64,000 bases of DNA from Bigelowiella natans CCMP2755 (taxonomy: Eukaryota; Protista; Cercozoa). Of the stretch, positions 1 through 16,073 are shown one piece after another. The notes below the pieces were generated by a model that saw nothing but the letters and a program-made list of their open reading frames with translations, did no database searches and was not told the DNA's origin. The translations under genes were made by a program, and so were the position numbers. Position 1 is the stretch's first letter, and every line of letters starts with the position of its first letter. The stretch covers positions 1-64,000 of the forward strand of contig ADNK01001199.1 of assembly GCA_000320545.1 (NCBI GenBank). Direction: 5' to 3'.

Positions 1-3000
1 CTGCCTTCGATGATGATGATGATGATGATGATGAAGTCATCGCCACCGTGCCTGTCGCTAAAATCTTGCTGGAGACAGCAGCAGCAGGAGGAGGAGGAGG
101 ACCACCACCAGCACCAGCACCACCACCACCAGCAGCAGCAGATATTGCAGGGGCGACCAAGGGGCGGGGGGCAAGTGCATGGGTCAATTGTTCTTTCGAC
201 GGGATATCGGGATGATGATGATAATTATCAGTGTTGATGATACTACCATCATTTTTGCTACTACTATTGGTAGTGGTAGTAGTAGTAGTAGTAGTAGTAG
301 TAGCAGTAGCAGTGGTGCCTCCTCCTCCTTTAACAATAGCCACAACCGATGAAGAAAGACTAGTGGGAGTAGTCAAATCGGCACTTGCAGCTTTGAAAGG
401 TACAGCAGATGAAGAAGCCTTCTTTACGTCGGCAAGTTGTGATATCAAAGAAGATGATATCAAAGAAGAAGAAGAAGAAGAAGAAGAAGAAGAAGAAACA
501 GGGATCCCTTCTACTAGTAGAGGTTGTTGGTTTTCCACTGCTGCTGGCTCTGTCCTCACAGCTGCTGTTGCTGCTGCCATTGCACCTCCTCCTCCGCCAG
601 CTACTGCTGCTGCAGTTGATTTTGGTAGCGTTGTCAGTTTTTCGTTGTTTGTGGTAGGAAGAGATGATGCGCCTATCATCGTTGAAGTACCGATATTATC
701 ACCGCTCTGCTTCTTCATCTCTGCTGGTGCTGTAAGTGGTAATGATGATGATGATGATGTTGGTATTGTTGTTGTGCCCGCAGCTACTTCCGTCATTGGA
801 GTTGTAGAAGACTTTTGTATGTTGTTCTGTCTTTGGCTCACTTCCATCTTCACCTTGATATCCGCTACGGCTGTTGTTGCTGTTGAAGCTGAAAGATACT
901 GCCGCCGCCGCAGCCGTCGCCCTTGTCCATCTTCCTGTGCGAGTGGTTGATGGTTTATCTCATTTGTAGAAGCAGCAACGAGTGCTCCATTGTTGCCAGA
1001 CAATTGAGGTTCAATCTTGGAAGAAGAAGAGGAAGAAGAAGTAGTGTTGTTGTTTTTGTTTGAAGCAACAACATTGACTGCTGCTTTCTTCTGATAAAAG
1101 TATAGCAACCGACAAATGCATGGTTTAGCATTGCACGCGATACGAAATTTAGATGATCAGTAAACAATTAGACTCTCCTCCTTACTTTTGATACTTTTGG
1201 TGTAGGTCCAAAAGCCCCTTCTACAGCTTCCTTCATTCCAACTTCCCGCACCTATGTAGTAGCGGTAGATAGAAGTCTTATGATGATGATGATAAGAAGA
1301 GATCAATCACCATTCATCATCACAGGTTAAGGTGTTACAAATTTTACCGTTTCATCGTCGAAACAGTACCACTTTCCCCCATCTATCCACCGATTTCCTT
1401 CCTGATGGTGACTATTTTTCTTCTTTTCGTCTCCTCCTTGACGGGCCTTTCTCTTCTTATCCTTCACATCCAGCGACGATGTTTCCCCGTTGCCGGCCTT
1501 CTGACGCTTCTTCACATCCTTTTTCTCACATGCACTACTATTTCTCTTATTCCTTAGCTTCAATGTGGGATTTGGACGGATGTAGACCTGACATAATGAA
1601 TAAAGAGAACCGAATCACACACTGCGTACTTTCCCCCCTCAAAATCTGTTTTCTGAATATAATAACAACATAATGTTTTTACCTTGTAATGCCCTTTTTG
1701 CGCGGATCCCAAGTGTACGAAGATAGAGTGAAGAAGGTATAAGCAGGGCTTGTCATCAGCAGCCGCCTTAACCACCTCCTCGCATGATTCAGCATTCTGT
1801 TCTGGCTTCCTCCTATTGTCGTCCTTCCGTCTTTCCCCTCCTTCCTCTCCTTCCTTTCTGTGCTCTTTTTGTCTCTCAGCAGAGGTGCTATCGATTCCCA
1901 CCCCCTTTTCTGAAGGCAGTAAATGGGCTGTTGAGGGGGGGATTTTGTTGCCTTTTCTTTTCCCTATTTCCACCCCCCTTTTTTCTAACTCCATTGCGGA
2001 GGGCTTCTGCTCGGGTGATGTAAGTGCATCCTTCTTAGTAGTCTGATCCTTCTTCCCAACATTATTCTTAGTAGTCTTATCCTTCTTCCCAATATTCTCT
2101 TCTTCATCACCCTTTGTAGTAGCAGTCCCATCTGAATTCGATAAAAATTCTCCAAAATCAATACAGGTTGGGAATTCAAATCTTTGGTGTATTTTGGAAA
2201 CGGCGTTTGTTTCACGATTATACTCAAAGCGTCTCAAGCACAAAGTCAAAACTGGGGGTAGGGAGAGGAACTGATATTCTTTCGCTGCATCTTGCAAGCC
2301 CTTTCCTTCAACACGATAGCGATTTTCTCCTGTTAACTGTTCCTTTCTGCAGTATTGATGAAGTGATTCTTGTAAGCCTTTGCATCCCTTCACGAGAAGT
2401 GATAGTTGAGAGCATTCTTCCACGTCAGATGTCTTATAATCAATGGAGGTACATTGAATTAACTTCTGGACTTTTCCTTTAAACAAGCGTTGCATGGTAG
2501 TTGAAGCCTGTGTGCCTTCAATCTCGTTTTCCAAACGCGATAATACCATTCCAAGGTATTCGTGTACATCTTGCTGCTCATTGACATCATTATCTTCAAA
2601 TCCAAGAGCACGAGTAAGAATGCGAGTAGAAACATATTTGGGCGATGTTAATAACCCTCGAAATACTTTCTGTAGGGCATGAGAAGTCGAAGGAGGCTGC
2701 TGATTCTTGGGATTTATTGTTTCTGGTAAAGTGTCAATCAATTCACGTACACGCGGGAGATGAAACAGGCTTTGAACTAGGCAATTGATATAACATGTTG
2801 CCCCCTGATTTTTCAGCCCAATATACTTTGTCTTTCGTATTGGTGGTTTAGAACCGTGGCCTTTTCTCGTCGATTTAGAAGTCTTCGTGGGCTTGGAATT
2901 CGAATCTTTCTTCTTTTCCTCCTCTTCTTTCTTCTCCTTTTCCAGCCTATCCTTTTCTAACTTCTCCCTCTCTTGCTTTTCTTTTTCTATTTTACGCATT

Positions 3001-3587
3001 CTGTGAGATCTACGCATCACGGGTAGTATGCTTGGGGGTCCTGGCCGTTTGCGGCGATTCCCCTGCGTTGCCGCCTCAGTATGCTTTTGTGGGTCTGTAC
3101 ATTCTTTCGGTTTCGCACACTGACTACTCTGGTGAGAAGAGGAGAGCTTCTTCTCCGATTGCTGCTGCGTCATATTCTCGGGTGGTGGTGATACCACCGT
3201 CTTTTGGGTGCTGTCACTACTTTCAATGGCTCCGTTCAAAGGAGCAGCCAAAACAGTCTCTCCCACTTTATCGTTGATCTTGGTGTGCGCAGTCTTCGAA
3301 CTGCTGTCGGCCGGCAAGGGCAAGGATATGCACGCATCGGAATTCCCGCCTGTATTGCTACTTTCGGGTGATTTATTATGCTTTGGCTGCCATAGCTTTT
3401 GCCCGGGCTCCGGTTGGTTTACGGGAATTTGATTATATTTTCCATCATTCACTGCCCCCACAGCCTCAATAGGATTTTGAGTAGTGGTTGGTTGGATCGG
3501 ATGCTGGGTGCTCGGAGTTATTACCACTTGAGACTGCTTCTTGAGACCATCTTCTATCGTCATCCAAGCACTCGCCGTTTCATGCAC
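1..3587 (-). CDS. Ubiquitin-specific protease (peptidase C19, USP7/47-like catalytic core); spliced, 3' end beyond window start
   Basis: Cys box GLKNQGATCYINCLVQSLF, QQDVHE, His box HLGSAQKGHY and WYCFDDETV. GT-AG introns at about 1682-1588, 1347-1252 and ~1185-1091. A low-complexity C-terminal exon runs off the window. Confidence 0.9.
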
Positions 3588-3854
3588 CCCACTGAGGAAA
3601 AAACGTTGCTAAGTAACGAGTAACATTATTGGCTAAGAGGTACCTTGGGTCACGCTGCTGTCTACGGTAAGCGGGAAAATGAGCGTCGAAAGGGAGGGGG
3701 CGATCTTCTAGTAAGAGGGAATCCCTGTCAGTGACTGTAGATGGGGCAAAATTCCCGGAGACTCTCTGGAAGTATCTTTGCATCTCGTAGAGATCTCCGG
3801 GATATCCAGATTCTAGACCACACTCTTACGCGTACTACATCTATCAACCGGAGA

Positions 3855-5522
<1,668 letters not shown>

Positions 5523-6357
5523 GATGCGATTTAGATCACAATATGTAGGAGGAGCGTTGACGAGTGACATGGCGTATCCCAGCTAAACATCAAGTGTGGG
5601 CGCTTTGAAATAATTTCGACGTGAGCCAGATTAAACAAACTACCATTTCGTATGGAGATTTACATTGACACGAAGAGTTGCATCTTTAAGGACATAGGGC
5701 ATGTAATTGGCCGAGCATGTATAGCATGTTTGTATAAGCTAGCACATCCTCAATCCGTACCAGTGCACATTGCATATACGCTATACTACTCTACTGTACA
5801 TGCAAGTCTATGCAATGCGTGCATATCTAGACATGGCGGGCTACGATATCTACCACGCACAGCCCTGGGCAGCTAGCTACTTACCCATCTAGCCATCATT
5901 ATCAAGCACCATGCAAATACAAAGCATCCAACACACATTTAGCTACATCTGTGTAGTACATGCATGCTTAACAGCGCCGCGAAATATTCAAACTGACATC
6001 ATTATTTGCCGACTACACGTACTTAGCCTTCGATCCAATCGACATGCATACTAGCATAGCATGAGCCATGCACACGATTGACCGCCGCGCGTCGCTGCTA
6101 CTACGACACTACACATGTGCTGTGTGCATTGCAATCTTAGCGCTGTACACAGCCGCCGCTTTGCACAGTTGCATAGCTACATTACTAGCATTAGGATGAC
6201 TAATAAAAAAATGCAATAATTTCATTACATCCGTCTCATATGTGTCGTTGCATGACTGAGAAAGAATGTGTAGCACATGTTCAAGACGAATTGTCTTAGC
6301 CACCACGTTAGGATCGAGGAATCTAGTAGCTAGTTACAGCTTTATGTTGGGTAGTGC

Positions 6358-7531
6358 TCATGATGGTTCATCTTTAAATTCAATTTTCTGGGTTATTCTC
6401 CCCAAGAGAGCACTCCTCCATTCTTCAGCATCTTCAACGCTGTTTTCTTCACCCTCGATTATGATAAACGGTGGGGATTTTTCACTACAGCGGTCAAGTA
6501 AGGGCTCCAATTCAGATATTTCCTTTCGGAGAGCCTGTATAAGTTATTCTTTATCAAAATAAGTAGTCAAAAACCCTATCTATGATTTACCTCAGCATGA
6601 CGAACAACTATTGCGCAGATCTTAGGATTTTGTGCCTCTACATATTTCATGTATTTATCTGCGAATCCAAGTTTCAATTCTGTAGGCCTGACTTCAAATG
6701 TGCACCCTCCAAAGCCCGAATCTAAGACTTTCTGGAGGAACCTAGATTGGTTTAGAGCTTCAATTCCTTTTCGCTGAACGAATCTTAATTTTTTTAACCT
6801 TTGCTTTTGGGGATTGGCACGACTACCCGATAAATATATGGAATATGGTTCATTCCCCTTTCCATTTTTACATGAAGAATGCATTTCGACTGCAGATTTT
6901 ACAGCCATGTTCATTGCTTTTGTTTCCTTCGAATAACTCGCCTCAAACCTGGTTGTGAGGATTACGTGATAAAACTTTGTTATTTAGAACATTGCACTAA
7001 CAGAAAAATTTTACTCGCTGAGAGCATTCTTCACATTTCCGACTATTTCCTCGGGTTCTAGTACACCCCCTCCTTGGCTTATGGCTCTGAATGCAATCAT
7101 GAAGCCCAGTAAAAGGATCACGGCCCAAGAACATACGCAGTTGGTTGAATATCCTGGAAAATTGTAGATGAGAAGCTAGATACAATCGTCATTACAAGTA
7201 TAAATTCTACTTTGATCTGATGGCGACTTCTTGGAATTTTGGGGGACGGATTTCCTTCTTTCCTTTTCTGAAATCATAGCTAATGAGTACTTGCTACAAT
7301 GTCAACTACTGCGTGATCCCAGCTGCAAGGTTAATTAATTGTATCAAATACTCTTTCAACTAAAAACGTACTCTTTCGCATAGGCGATTTTGCTGGAGAG
7401 GGAGATGGCGAGACTTCGTCATTACCCTCCTCAGGAGCTTTGTCCCCACGCCTATTTCTAGTGGGACGGCCACGACGCTGCCTAGGCTTTTCCGGGCCTG
7501 GAGTTTTGAGTCCGGAGCGTGTCCTTACCAT
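6358..7531 (-). CDS. Hypothetical protein with basic N-terminus and AT-hook-like RRGRP; multi-exon
   Basis: ORF pieces 7531-7331 and 6914-6576, plus a last exon (ALRKEISELE...KDEPS*) that follows an AG acceptor. It is head-to-head with the MMPL gene. Internal exon structure is uncertain. Confidence 0.6.
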
Positions 7532-7754
7532 CTATCTCTCGCTCGTGTCCGATGCCAGGTCTTCAGCGAAGAAGGAAGATAATAGAGAGGAGGAGGCGGA
7601 GGAGGAGGAGGAGTCTCCCGCCAAATTCGAAGAATGGCCTGAACGGCGAATATCGGTCATCCCCTGGCAATAACCAGGGATTCTGCCACTGATGCAACTG
7701 CGAGTTGCCACATTTCCGGAGTGCTATTCTTCTTTGTCGCAGGTGATAAACCAC

Positions 7755-10700
7755 ATGCGATTATCGCTTGGTAAAAGCAGTGAGGTGCTTCTTGAAAATG
7801 CTGATGGCAGCTTGGTGGGGAAAAACGAGCGAATAAACGGTTCTTCCTGCTCTTCTTCTTCCTCCACGCCTTCTTCTCATCAAGCACCGTACACTATACG
7901 AGTAACTCAGGCAAGACAGACAGGAAGGGCAGTGGTATATACATAGCCTTCATAGGACAGGACAACCTCCTTTTAGTAGGATTGGTACAGAACACCAGTG
8001 ATCTCGCTTGCAATCAGTCAAAGCGATACTAATACCAACCCTGGCCTCGAAATTGTGGTGGTTTACATCAGTCTGGCTTCAGCTCGTCATCATGGCGTTC
8101 CGGCCAAAGCAATGCAGTCCCACACTGAAATACTGCCTCGCCATTTTATTGTACGGTTGCATGCTATCGTCCCTAGCCCCCCCTCCCCTCTGCTTCTTTG
8201 TGTCGCTTGTTGTTCTTCGTGCTCATTTCGAATAATACCCTCTATTTCATGATTTGACTGTAAATTATGAAGATGAAAATGATACATTTAGCTCTATCGG
8301 AGTTGTATTCTTCTGGATTAACGTAACATATCATGGGTAGTGCAAATATGTCATATTGTTTGCTTCTAATCACATCTTAATGTTGGGAGAATGCATTTTT
8401 CTTCACCAACATACGATCGGCAATGTTTGGAACATATTTCCGATAGTGTGTGTAATCCTTCGCTTTGATATTTTCGTACAGAATTCTCTTGTCTTCGAAG
8501 CTCAATGTCAACACGGGGATAAACGCGGACAGAGGACGAGCTGAAAAGTAAGTCTCTACTAATTACATATATATATATATATATATTTTTATATATGGAA
8601 CAAAAATCCAAAATGGTGATTGACTTCCATGATCTTTCCTCGAAGCCATCAGCTTGTTCATCATTATCTATCTAGGGGTTTAGAGTTATTCGAATCCAAC
8701 ATGCTTCAAGTGTCGGAGCACCTTCAATACACACCTTTAGTCTTGCTTGTATCTCTCCAACCGGGTAGCAAACGAGCCTCTGTTCTTGGCGAAGAGATGG
8801 AGGCACTGTCTAAAGAGTTCTCGACTCTCAGCAAGTAGGAGGCCAAACCTGTGCACATGTAGAGGAGAGAGCATATGGTGACATTATCGTGACATAAAAT
8901 CTTCGCAAAATTTTTACACCGTTTCAGCATTTGCAGTGACGCTTGCTATGATCTACATCATATTACAGTTGCGTCCCTGATATAGTAAAGTGCAGAAGCA
9001 AAGACGACTATGATAGTTTCGATTACAGAGAACAGCAATGTACAGTGTGCAAGATCCCTGGAGCTGCTTGTTTCCAGAAGATAGCCCGGACGGCAGAAGC
9101 CAAGCAGCCAGTCTTTTACAATACTATCGAATCGGTCTCTGGCTACTATTTCAACAGAACACGATGGAGCGAGGCACGAGCACGTAATCGCTACGTCTCG
9201 AAAGATAATCGATCGACGATCATAATATTTCAGTCTTCGCAACCTAAATGCAGCAATATAGAGGCTTTTTGGCCTCTTGCAGATTGGGTGAGAGACACAG
9301 CGAGTGTTAAGCTTGGAAATTTGGATGAATTTCAATACGACATCACGAGCTGGGCGGAGCAAATCCGAGCAACCGCTCATGGAACTTTGCAGGACACGAT
9401 GCTGTCGCACATGATATCGTTGCCGAGCGCATGGTTTCTCCTCTTTATAACCGTTGGGCCGACCTCATCTATTGTGTTATTCTTAATACCCATCTCGCTG
9501 GCAGCATCCTTAGTCGTACTTATTCCAATGCAGATCACATACTACAGAAAATACAGTCACTTCGCTCTTGGGCTCTGGGTCTCCATTGCAATCGCCATGT
9601 CAGTGGACTATGCGTTGTTTCTGCTGACAAGATGGAGGGAGGAGCGACTTCACGGAAAAGACAACCTGACAGCTATAGCGATTTCATTAATGAATGCAGG
9701 GAAAACAGTGCTTGTGTCAGGATTAATACTCGCCGTATCGTTCCTCTCGGTGGTCTTTGTAGAGAACAAGAGCGTGCAAGCAGTAGGTGTGAGCTGTTGC
9801 GTGGTGAACGTGATGGTCATCATCATCAGCCTTACACTTGTCCCTGCGACACTAGTGCTGCTCGCAAGCCCAAGGTGCTGCACTTCGAGATGGAAACTAC
9901 TTGCCCATTGCCGTTCTACAGCTAAAAAGCATGTTGCTGCGATGGAGGGTAAACTACCATGCACGACTAGATTCTTGCAATGGATTTTGATGGATTTTGA
10001 ACAGCAGCTCCTTGAGAAGAAGGAGGAGGAGGAGGGGGGGGGGAGGGTTCTGCTGGGTGGTGATGAGGAAGATGGTCTCCCTTCTTCTCTACGGATCCTA
10101 TCGACTTTCTCGGAGTATTATGATGATGATGATGATGATGATGACCGAGAAGACTGTGATCGTTTCATCATCGGCTCTCCTTCGGAAGTAGTAGAGGTTG
10201 TTGCGGTAAATGATAATGATGATGATGTGGATGATAGTAGTAGTAGTAGTAGTAGTAGTAGTATGGACCAAAAAGATGGTTACACAAAGATTGAGATGAA
10301 GCGCTTTAAGCCTTCACCTGCTGGTGGCGATTTGGATCTTCCGCGCACTGATGATGCAAGTTCCCATAATAACAATGATGACGAAGAGATGATTAAGACA
10401 CCATCAAGCACTACCCTGCTGCTACGCGGAAGCTCAGGCCGCCTACTCCCCAGGAGCAGTCCTACTAGTCCACCAGTATCATCATCTGTGCTCTCCTCTC
10501 TAAGGAGATCCGACAGCTATTCGATCATGGATGAGATCAAGGAGGAGGAGGAGGAGGAGGAGGAGGAGGAGGAGCGTTATGGGAGAAGTAGTAGTAGTAG
10601 TTGTTGTGGAAGCAGGCAGGTAGTAAATGATAGTAAAAATGTAGAACCCCTTTCTCTCGCCAGAAATGCCTCTTTCTGCATATACCCGGAGAAGACAAGA

Positions 10701-12742
10701 CTCTTCCATATCAACGAAGAAGACGGGGAGAACGATGATACTGAAGGAGGAGTGGACCGAAGAACAGCGAAGGAAAAGAAGAGAAAAGAGAAAAACGATG
10801 CAATACCTATCAACCTCCAGGGTGATAGTGATATCGTCGATATTGACGAGAAAAGAGACTGCAGTGATAGTGATGATGCCACATCCCCCCCCTCAATGAA
10901 GAGGGCGAGACTGGTAGTCCCTGCTGATTCTATCTGGGTAAAGATTGCTATGCTTTGTCGCCGTAGGCCTTTAACGATAATGATGAGCATGGTGCTGTTG
11001 GGTCTCCCCATAGCCTTGCAGACGGTTCGTCTCAGAATCTCCATTAGCTTCGAGCAACTACTCCTCGCCCAGTCTTCGTCGGTTTTGACTATGCACAAAT
11101 TGCAAGCGTTCGGATTTAATGCGGGAGAGATCAACAGGCACTATCTGATCATGTACATGGGGGAACCTGTCTCGCTGAATAACAACAACAGTAGCAGCAG
11201 CAGCAACCCTATCCCCCCCCCAACTAACACCTCCTCCACGCCCATCTTTGGTGGAAATTCAACTTTGAAAAACAACAGTGAGACGGCTTCTGGAACATGC
11301 ATGGATGATCCTGCAGGTGTGATATCGTCTCACAGTATTTCCTCCCCCCCCTCTCCCTCAAAAGGAGGAAATTGGAACTGCCCTTCCCTTCTCGAAGCTG
11401 CAGCGTTGAAGCTCTCAAAGCAGTACAATGTTCCGATGGACGTGGGCAGGAAGCTGACGTGCACGTACAAACCAAGTGAAGACAATCCTGGTTATAGTGC
11501 GGTTGATTTCGCCTTCTCCGACCTCTGTCCAAAGAGCTGTAACGCTACATGCGACTTAGAACACAATGATACCCAGGCAAACCACCACCACCACCAGCAG
11601 CACCAGCAGCAACAACTTACCAGATCCGATCGAAGTAATAATGCAGCTTCTGGGCATGATGATAAGCAAGTATTCTCAACTTACTTCCCTTGTGACGATG
11701 ACCCTGCCAATTGGATCAACCACGTAACCCCGTGCTTCATCATGCCAGACAGGGAGCATTTTGTGTGCAAACGACCAAGCACAGCCAATTGTGCAGTCCT
11801 TAACTTTGGGTTGAATGTTTGCCATTCGAATCACATCATGCACCATTCTTGGAAGAGTAACAGGGGTTATATGAAGAACATCTGGGGTCATCTTTGTCCA
11901 CATACCTGCGACCTTTGCCCCTTTGAGCAGCGTATCCTTAACCACAATATATTTGAAGTTCATGAGAAACTCATAGAGGGAATGCTACGCCTTGCTACCA
12001 CGAAAATGGGTAGAAATGCGTTGAGAAGTCTTTGGTATATGGACGATCGCTTTATTGGCTACGAGGAATCAATGCGACTCCTCAATGAAACAAAACCTGG
12101 ATTTATCAGCAACAACACAATGGCAGTAGCCTATCGTGATCATATCAGCCTTGTCAAGAGCAATATGGGATCTGCAGCCGTTATTGAGCTTACACCGTCA
12201 TGGAACTCGTCAGTATTACGATTCCACACAACTACCTACCTTTTAGAAGATATGATGAGATATGCTAATTTCGTATGTTTGGGATAACTCAATGCACCTG
12301 ACTGTCACTTTGATTCCTATTTGATGGTGATGATGATGGTGGTGGTGGTGACGGTGATGATGATGATAATGATGATTATGATGATAATGATGATAATGCA
12401 GGGTCGGAGGTCACGCTGCTGCATGGGTACGGGAGATGCGAGCACTAATAGACGAAATAGAGGGTGACGCTCACGCCAAGAATATTCCTATTTCCTTCTA
12501 CTTCGAGGGTATGGCTCCGATTATGGCTGATATTAAGCAGACGATGTACGCCTCTGCCCCTTATTACATGGGTGCAACGATCGGCCTTGTTGTGCTTTTT
12601 CTCACGATAATATCATTCCGATCTGCTTTCATCGGAGTCAGATTGATGGCCACAGTCGCATTCTCACTTGCGTGGGTGTTTGGTCTTGTCGTCATCTTGC
12701 TGCAGGACATCAGGATTTCACACTCTGAGGTACTACAAATAG

Positions 12743-12788
<46 letters not shown>

Positions 12789-12838
12789 CTCCCTGTAGAC
12801 ACTTACGCGCGCTCAAACACCACACACATTCACACACA

Positions 12839-12869
<31 letters not shown>

Positions 12870-13597
12870 TATGTATGTATCGTTGTGCGTATGTGCTTCA
12901 GAATGTTGGTGGTCGGTATTAAGCATAAGATATTCCAATCTCAGGGCGATGGAGTCCATTTTATTGTTCCCATCGTTTGTGTGCCTGTGTTGGTCGGTCT
13001 GACCCTTGATTATGACCTATTCCTCCTCGTAAGGATCTTTGAATATAGGATGAAAGGGTACGTTAGCAGAAGAACTACTACTACTACTACTACTTCTTCT
13101 TCTTCTTCAAATGATGATTCATTTTTATGCTACTTTCTATTTTCACAGTTAGTTAGATGTGAGTGTATAGATGCTTTATGATAAGTAGGATTTCATCGTT
13201 ATTTTTCTTGATTGGACTATATTCCACATCGTTGATCGCTCCCCCCCCCCACTCCTCACAGCTACTCCACCAAAGATGCAACTGTCGTAGCGATGTATAA
13301 CACCAGCGGTCGGTTAGTGCTGATTATGCCCAAATTGCAGTTCTATTTCACGTAGTCAATGGAAGGGATAGTAGGAGAGGGGGAAGGAAAAAGTGGCAGT
13401 TTGTATTTGTTTCTCGAAAATCTGTTTGTCAGTGGTAAAGGATCGATTCATATTGAGCTTAATGCTTCTTATTATTACTACTACAGGAATCATTACCACT
13501 GCGGGATTGATCATGATCATCGCTTTCTCATCTTTAATGTCAGCTAAACAACAGCATCTAGTAGAGTCGGAGCAGTAATATAATGCATAAATAGCGA

Positions 13598-13629
<32 letters not shown>

Positions 13630-14256
13630 CGTGCTGTGCTACATGTGTATGTTAATTGCGGTGTTGTTTACTACTGTTGTTAGGTTTTCTGATCTGCTGA
13701 TACTCAAGACTACTGGGATTCTCATCACTGTGACCTGCTTTGTTGATACGTTCATTGTAAGGGCGTGGCTGGTACTAACAATCGTTGCATTTTATTCAAG
13801 CATACATACTATTCAAGGCAAAGCAGATAATTTTTGGTTTGGTGATATGAAATTGGTTGAGGGGAAAGAAAGACCATCAGCACTTTTGCGACATATTGAT
13901 TTCATAAAGTAGTGATAATACACTTGCTTGTTGTTCTCTTCGCACATCTGAGTACAATAGAAATAAAGTGTTGTTTCTTCTTTTATTGCTAATTTCCTTC
14001 TCCCTCCATCAAAGGTTCCAGCGATATTGATGATTGGTGCCGAAGCTAATTGGTGGCCAGGAAGGGTATCATTTACAGAAGAATTCTCCCACTCCTACTA
14101 CGCCACGAAACCCTCACAAGCTACACAACATAACCATATTCATGGCAAAATCAATCTAACATTGTGATGATCATCCAGGTTCCAAAAATCACCAAACAAG
14201 TTCATATCTTAAGGAGTCGGCTTCACCCTCGAAGCAGTATATCAAAACTGCGTTGA
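7755..14256 (+). CDS. MMPL-family (RND superfamily) membrane transporter with two Cys-rich ShKT-like inserts
   Basis: TM4 SVDYALFLLTRWREE, AGKTVLVSGL, TM10 GLTLDYDLFLLVRIFE, GIITTAGLIMIIAF, VDTFIVRAWLVPAILMIGAEANWWPG. The start codon and 5' exons are approximate. Confidence 0.88.
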
Positions 14257-15289
14257 AGGGTGTATTCATATGAGTCAGCAAAACAATTATATATTCATAT
14301 ATAATATATATCAAAATACGTACATTTATATATTTATAATATTGTATTTATCATATGTTTATATGTGCTTTATTTGAATTGAATTTTTATTTCTTAAAAT
14401 ATATCCATGTATTTATGCGCTATACTGTTGATGCAGTGTTAGTTTGATCCATCTCTACCTTAATTTTAAATTCTAATTATGTTATCATGGCTTATTTGTA
14501 CGATGGATGTTACAAACACATATGAAATGCTAATGTGGGAGCGCGTCTTGCAATAAATAGCGTGAACACATGACATCACATGACATCATGGGGCTCGATC
14601 GTCTAGCTTGCTGTAGGCATGCACGTACTTAATAGCTGGTCAGAGCACTTTGTATTGACGTCATTGGTAGCACCGGAGCATTCGTGGTCTGCTAGCTATA
14701 CTCTTCGTCGAGGCAATCGCTCATTGTAGCGTATGCGCAATGATCTACACATCTCTAGATCTCGGCACAGCGCTCAAGCTAGCAAGCTAGCAAGACGCCG
14801 ATTGACTCCAAAATCAGAATGCAATCATATTTTTACTTGCTATTGTCCGCATTGCTTGGCTAGATGGCTGATGACGCTGCTACTTACACCCATCTACTAC
14901 ACTAATACAGCTAGACAGGCTGCTTTTACCGCTGCTCATTTTGCGCGCTGCATTGGCTTGCATGTGATGCTTTTGTTCGCGGAAACCATTCTCTAGCTAG
15001 CATGCATTCCATGCGATGCACGAGGAACTTTAGCATACTAGATACTAGCATATACCAATTTGCGAACTATGTGCGGCCGATATACTGGGGCATCCTATCT
15101 ACTATCCGTACATGCATCAGCACGTGCAAATGGCTAGCACGTCGCGAGCCAAATGCTATGGATCTTCATACTAGCTAGCATAGTTGCGATCATACTATGC
15201 ATGTATTTTTACAAAGAAACGTTTCAGTAGTATATACATCAAGCTTGCTGATAATATAAGTTGCACATCTAATACTGTAGCAAGATACT

Positions 15290-15536
15290 CTATATCGGCG
15301 ATCTTCCTTTGCCAGATTTTCTTGTCAACTTGTTTGCTTTTGCTCTCATTCTGGCATTTTCCTGAAACCCAAAGAAATCAGTAACGAGGCTGTACACGAA
15401 CAATTTTGGCAAATATGTACCAAATGTAGAGCCGTATTCTCTTCCGCTATCTTTCGACATTTCTCCATCAGTTCTTTATTTTGGGCTTGAATATCTTCAC
15501 ACTTTCCCTCCGATTTCGTAATTTTTCTTAGCTAAT

Positions 15537-15579
<43 letters not shown>

Positions 15580-16073
15580 AATGAAGAGCCGTGTCAAAAA
15601 CATTTCATCACAACATCAGCTGGCAACATCAGCAGGTATCCCGGATTAAGGAGCTTGCTACTTTAATCTTAAGCTAAATCCAATATTTCAGGATAATAAA
15701 CTATGTGTTATATATAAACATACCAAATCACTGTTTTCTTTGGCCATCTTTTCCAGTTGACGTAGCATTTCTCTCTTTTCCCTTGCAAGCATGTTTCGCT
15801 CTGTCAAAAACATTTTTAAATACGTGGTGGCACTGGAAAACAACGCATTGTCTTTTTGCACCTTCCAATAATTGCTGATAATCTCTAGAAATGAGTTTTT
15901 GACATCGCTTCGTGATAAAGTCATCTGAGGAGGATTGGCAGAAATAAAACATCTGATTCTGTGACTGGAGCAATGCACTGACCATCTAAGATCAAAAGGC
16001 GGATTCTGTCCACAAAATCAAGGTTTGGTGGACGTGAAGATTCCATTATCTGTCCTTTCTTTGAGTCTTCCAT
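15290..16073 (-). CDS. Small coiled-coil hypothetical protein; multi-exon
   Basis: Exons flanked by GT/AG: MEDSKKGQ..., DDFITKRCQKLISRDYQQLLE, RNMLAREKREMLRQLEKMAKENSDL, LRKITKSEGKCEDIQAQNKELMEK, ENARMRAKANKL...SPI*. Confidence 0.6.
15539..15576. repeat. Pure (AT)n microsatellite in an intron
   Basis: Uninterrupted AT run. Confidence 0.95.

Noticed and set aside
231-950. 239-aa plus-strand ORF with poly-V and poly-E
   Set aside because: Antisense shadow of the trinucleotide-rich USP exon on the minus strand.
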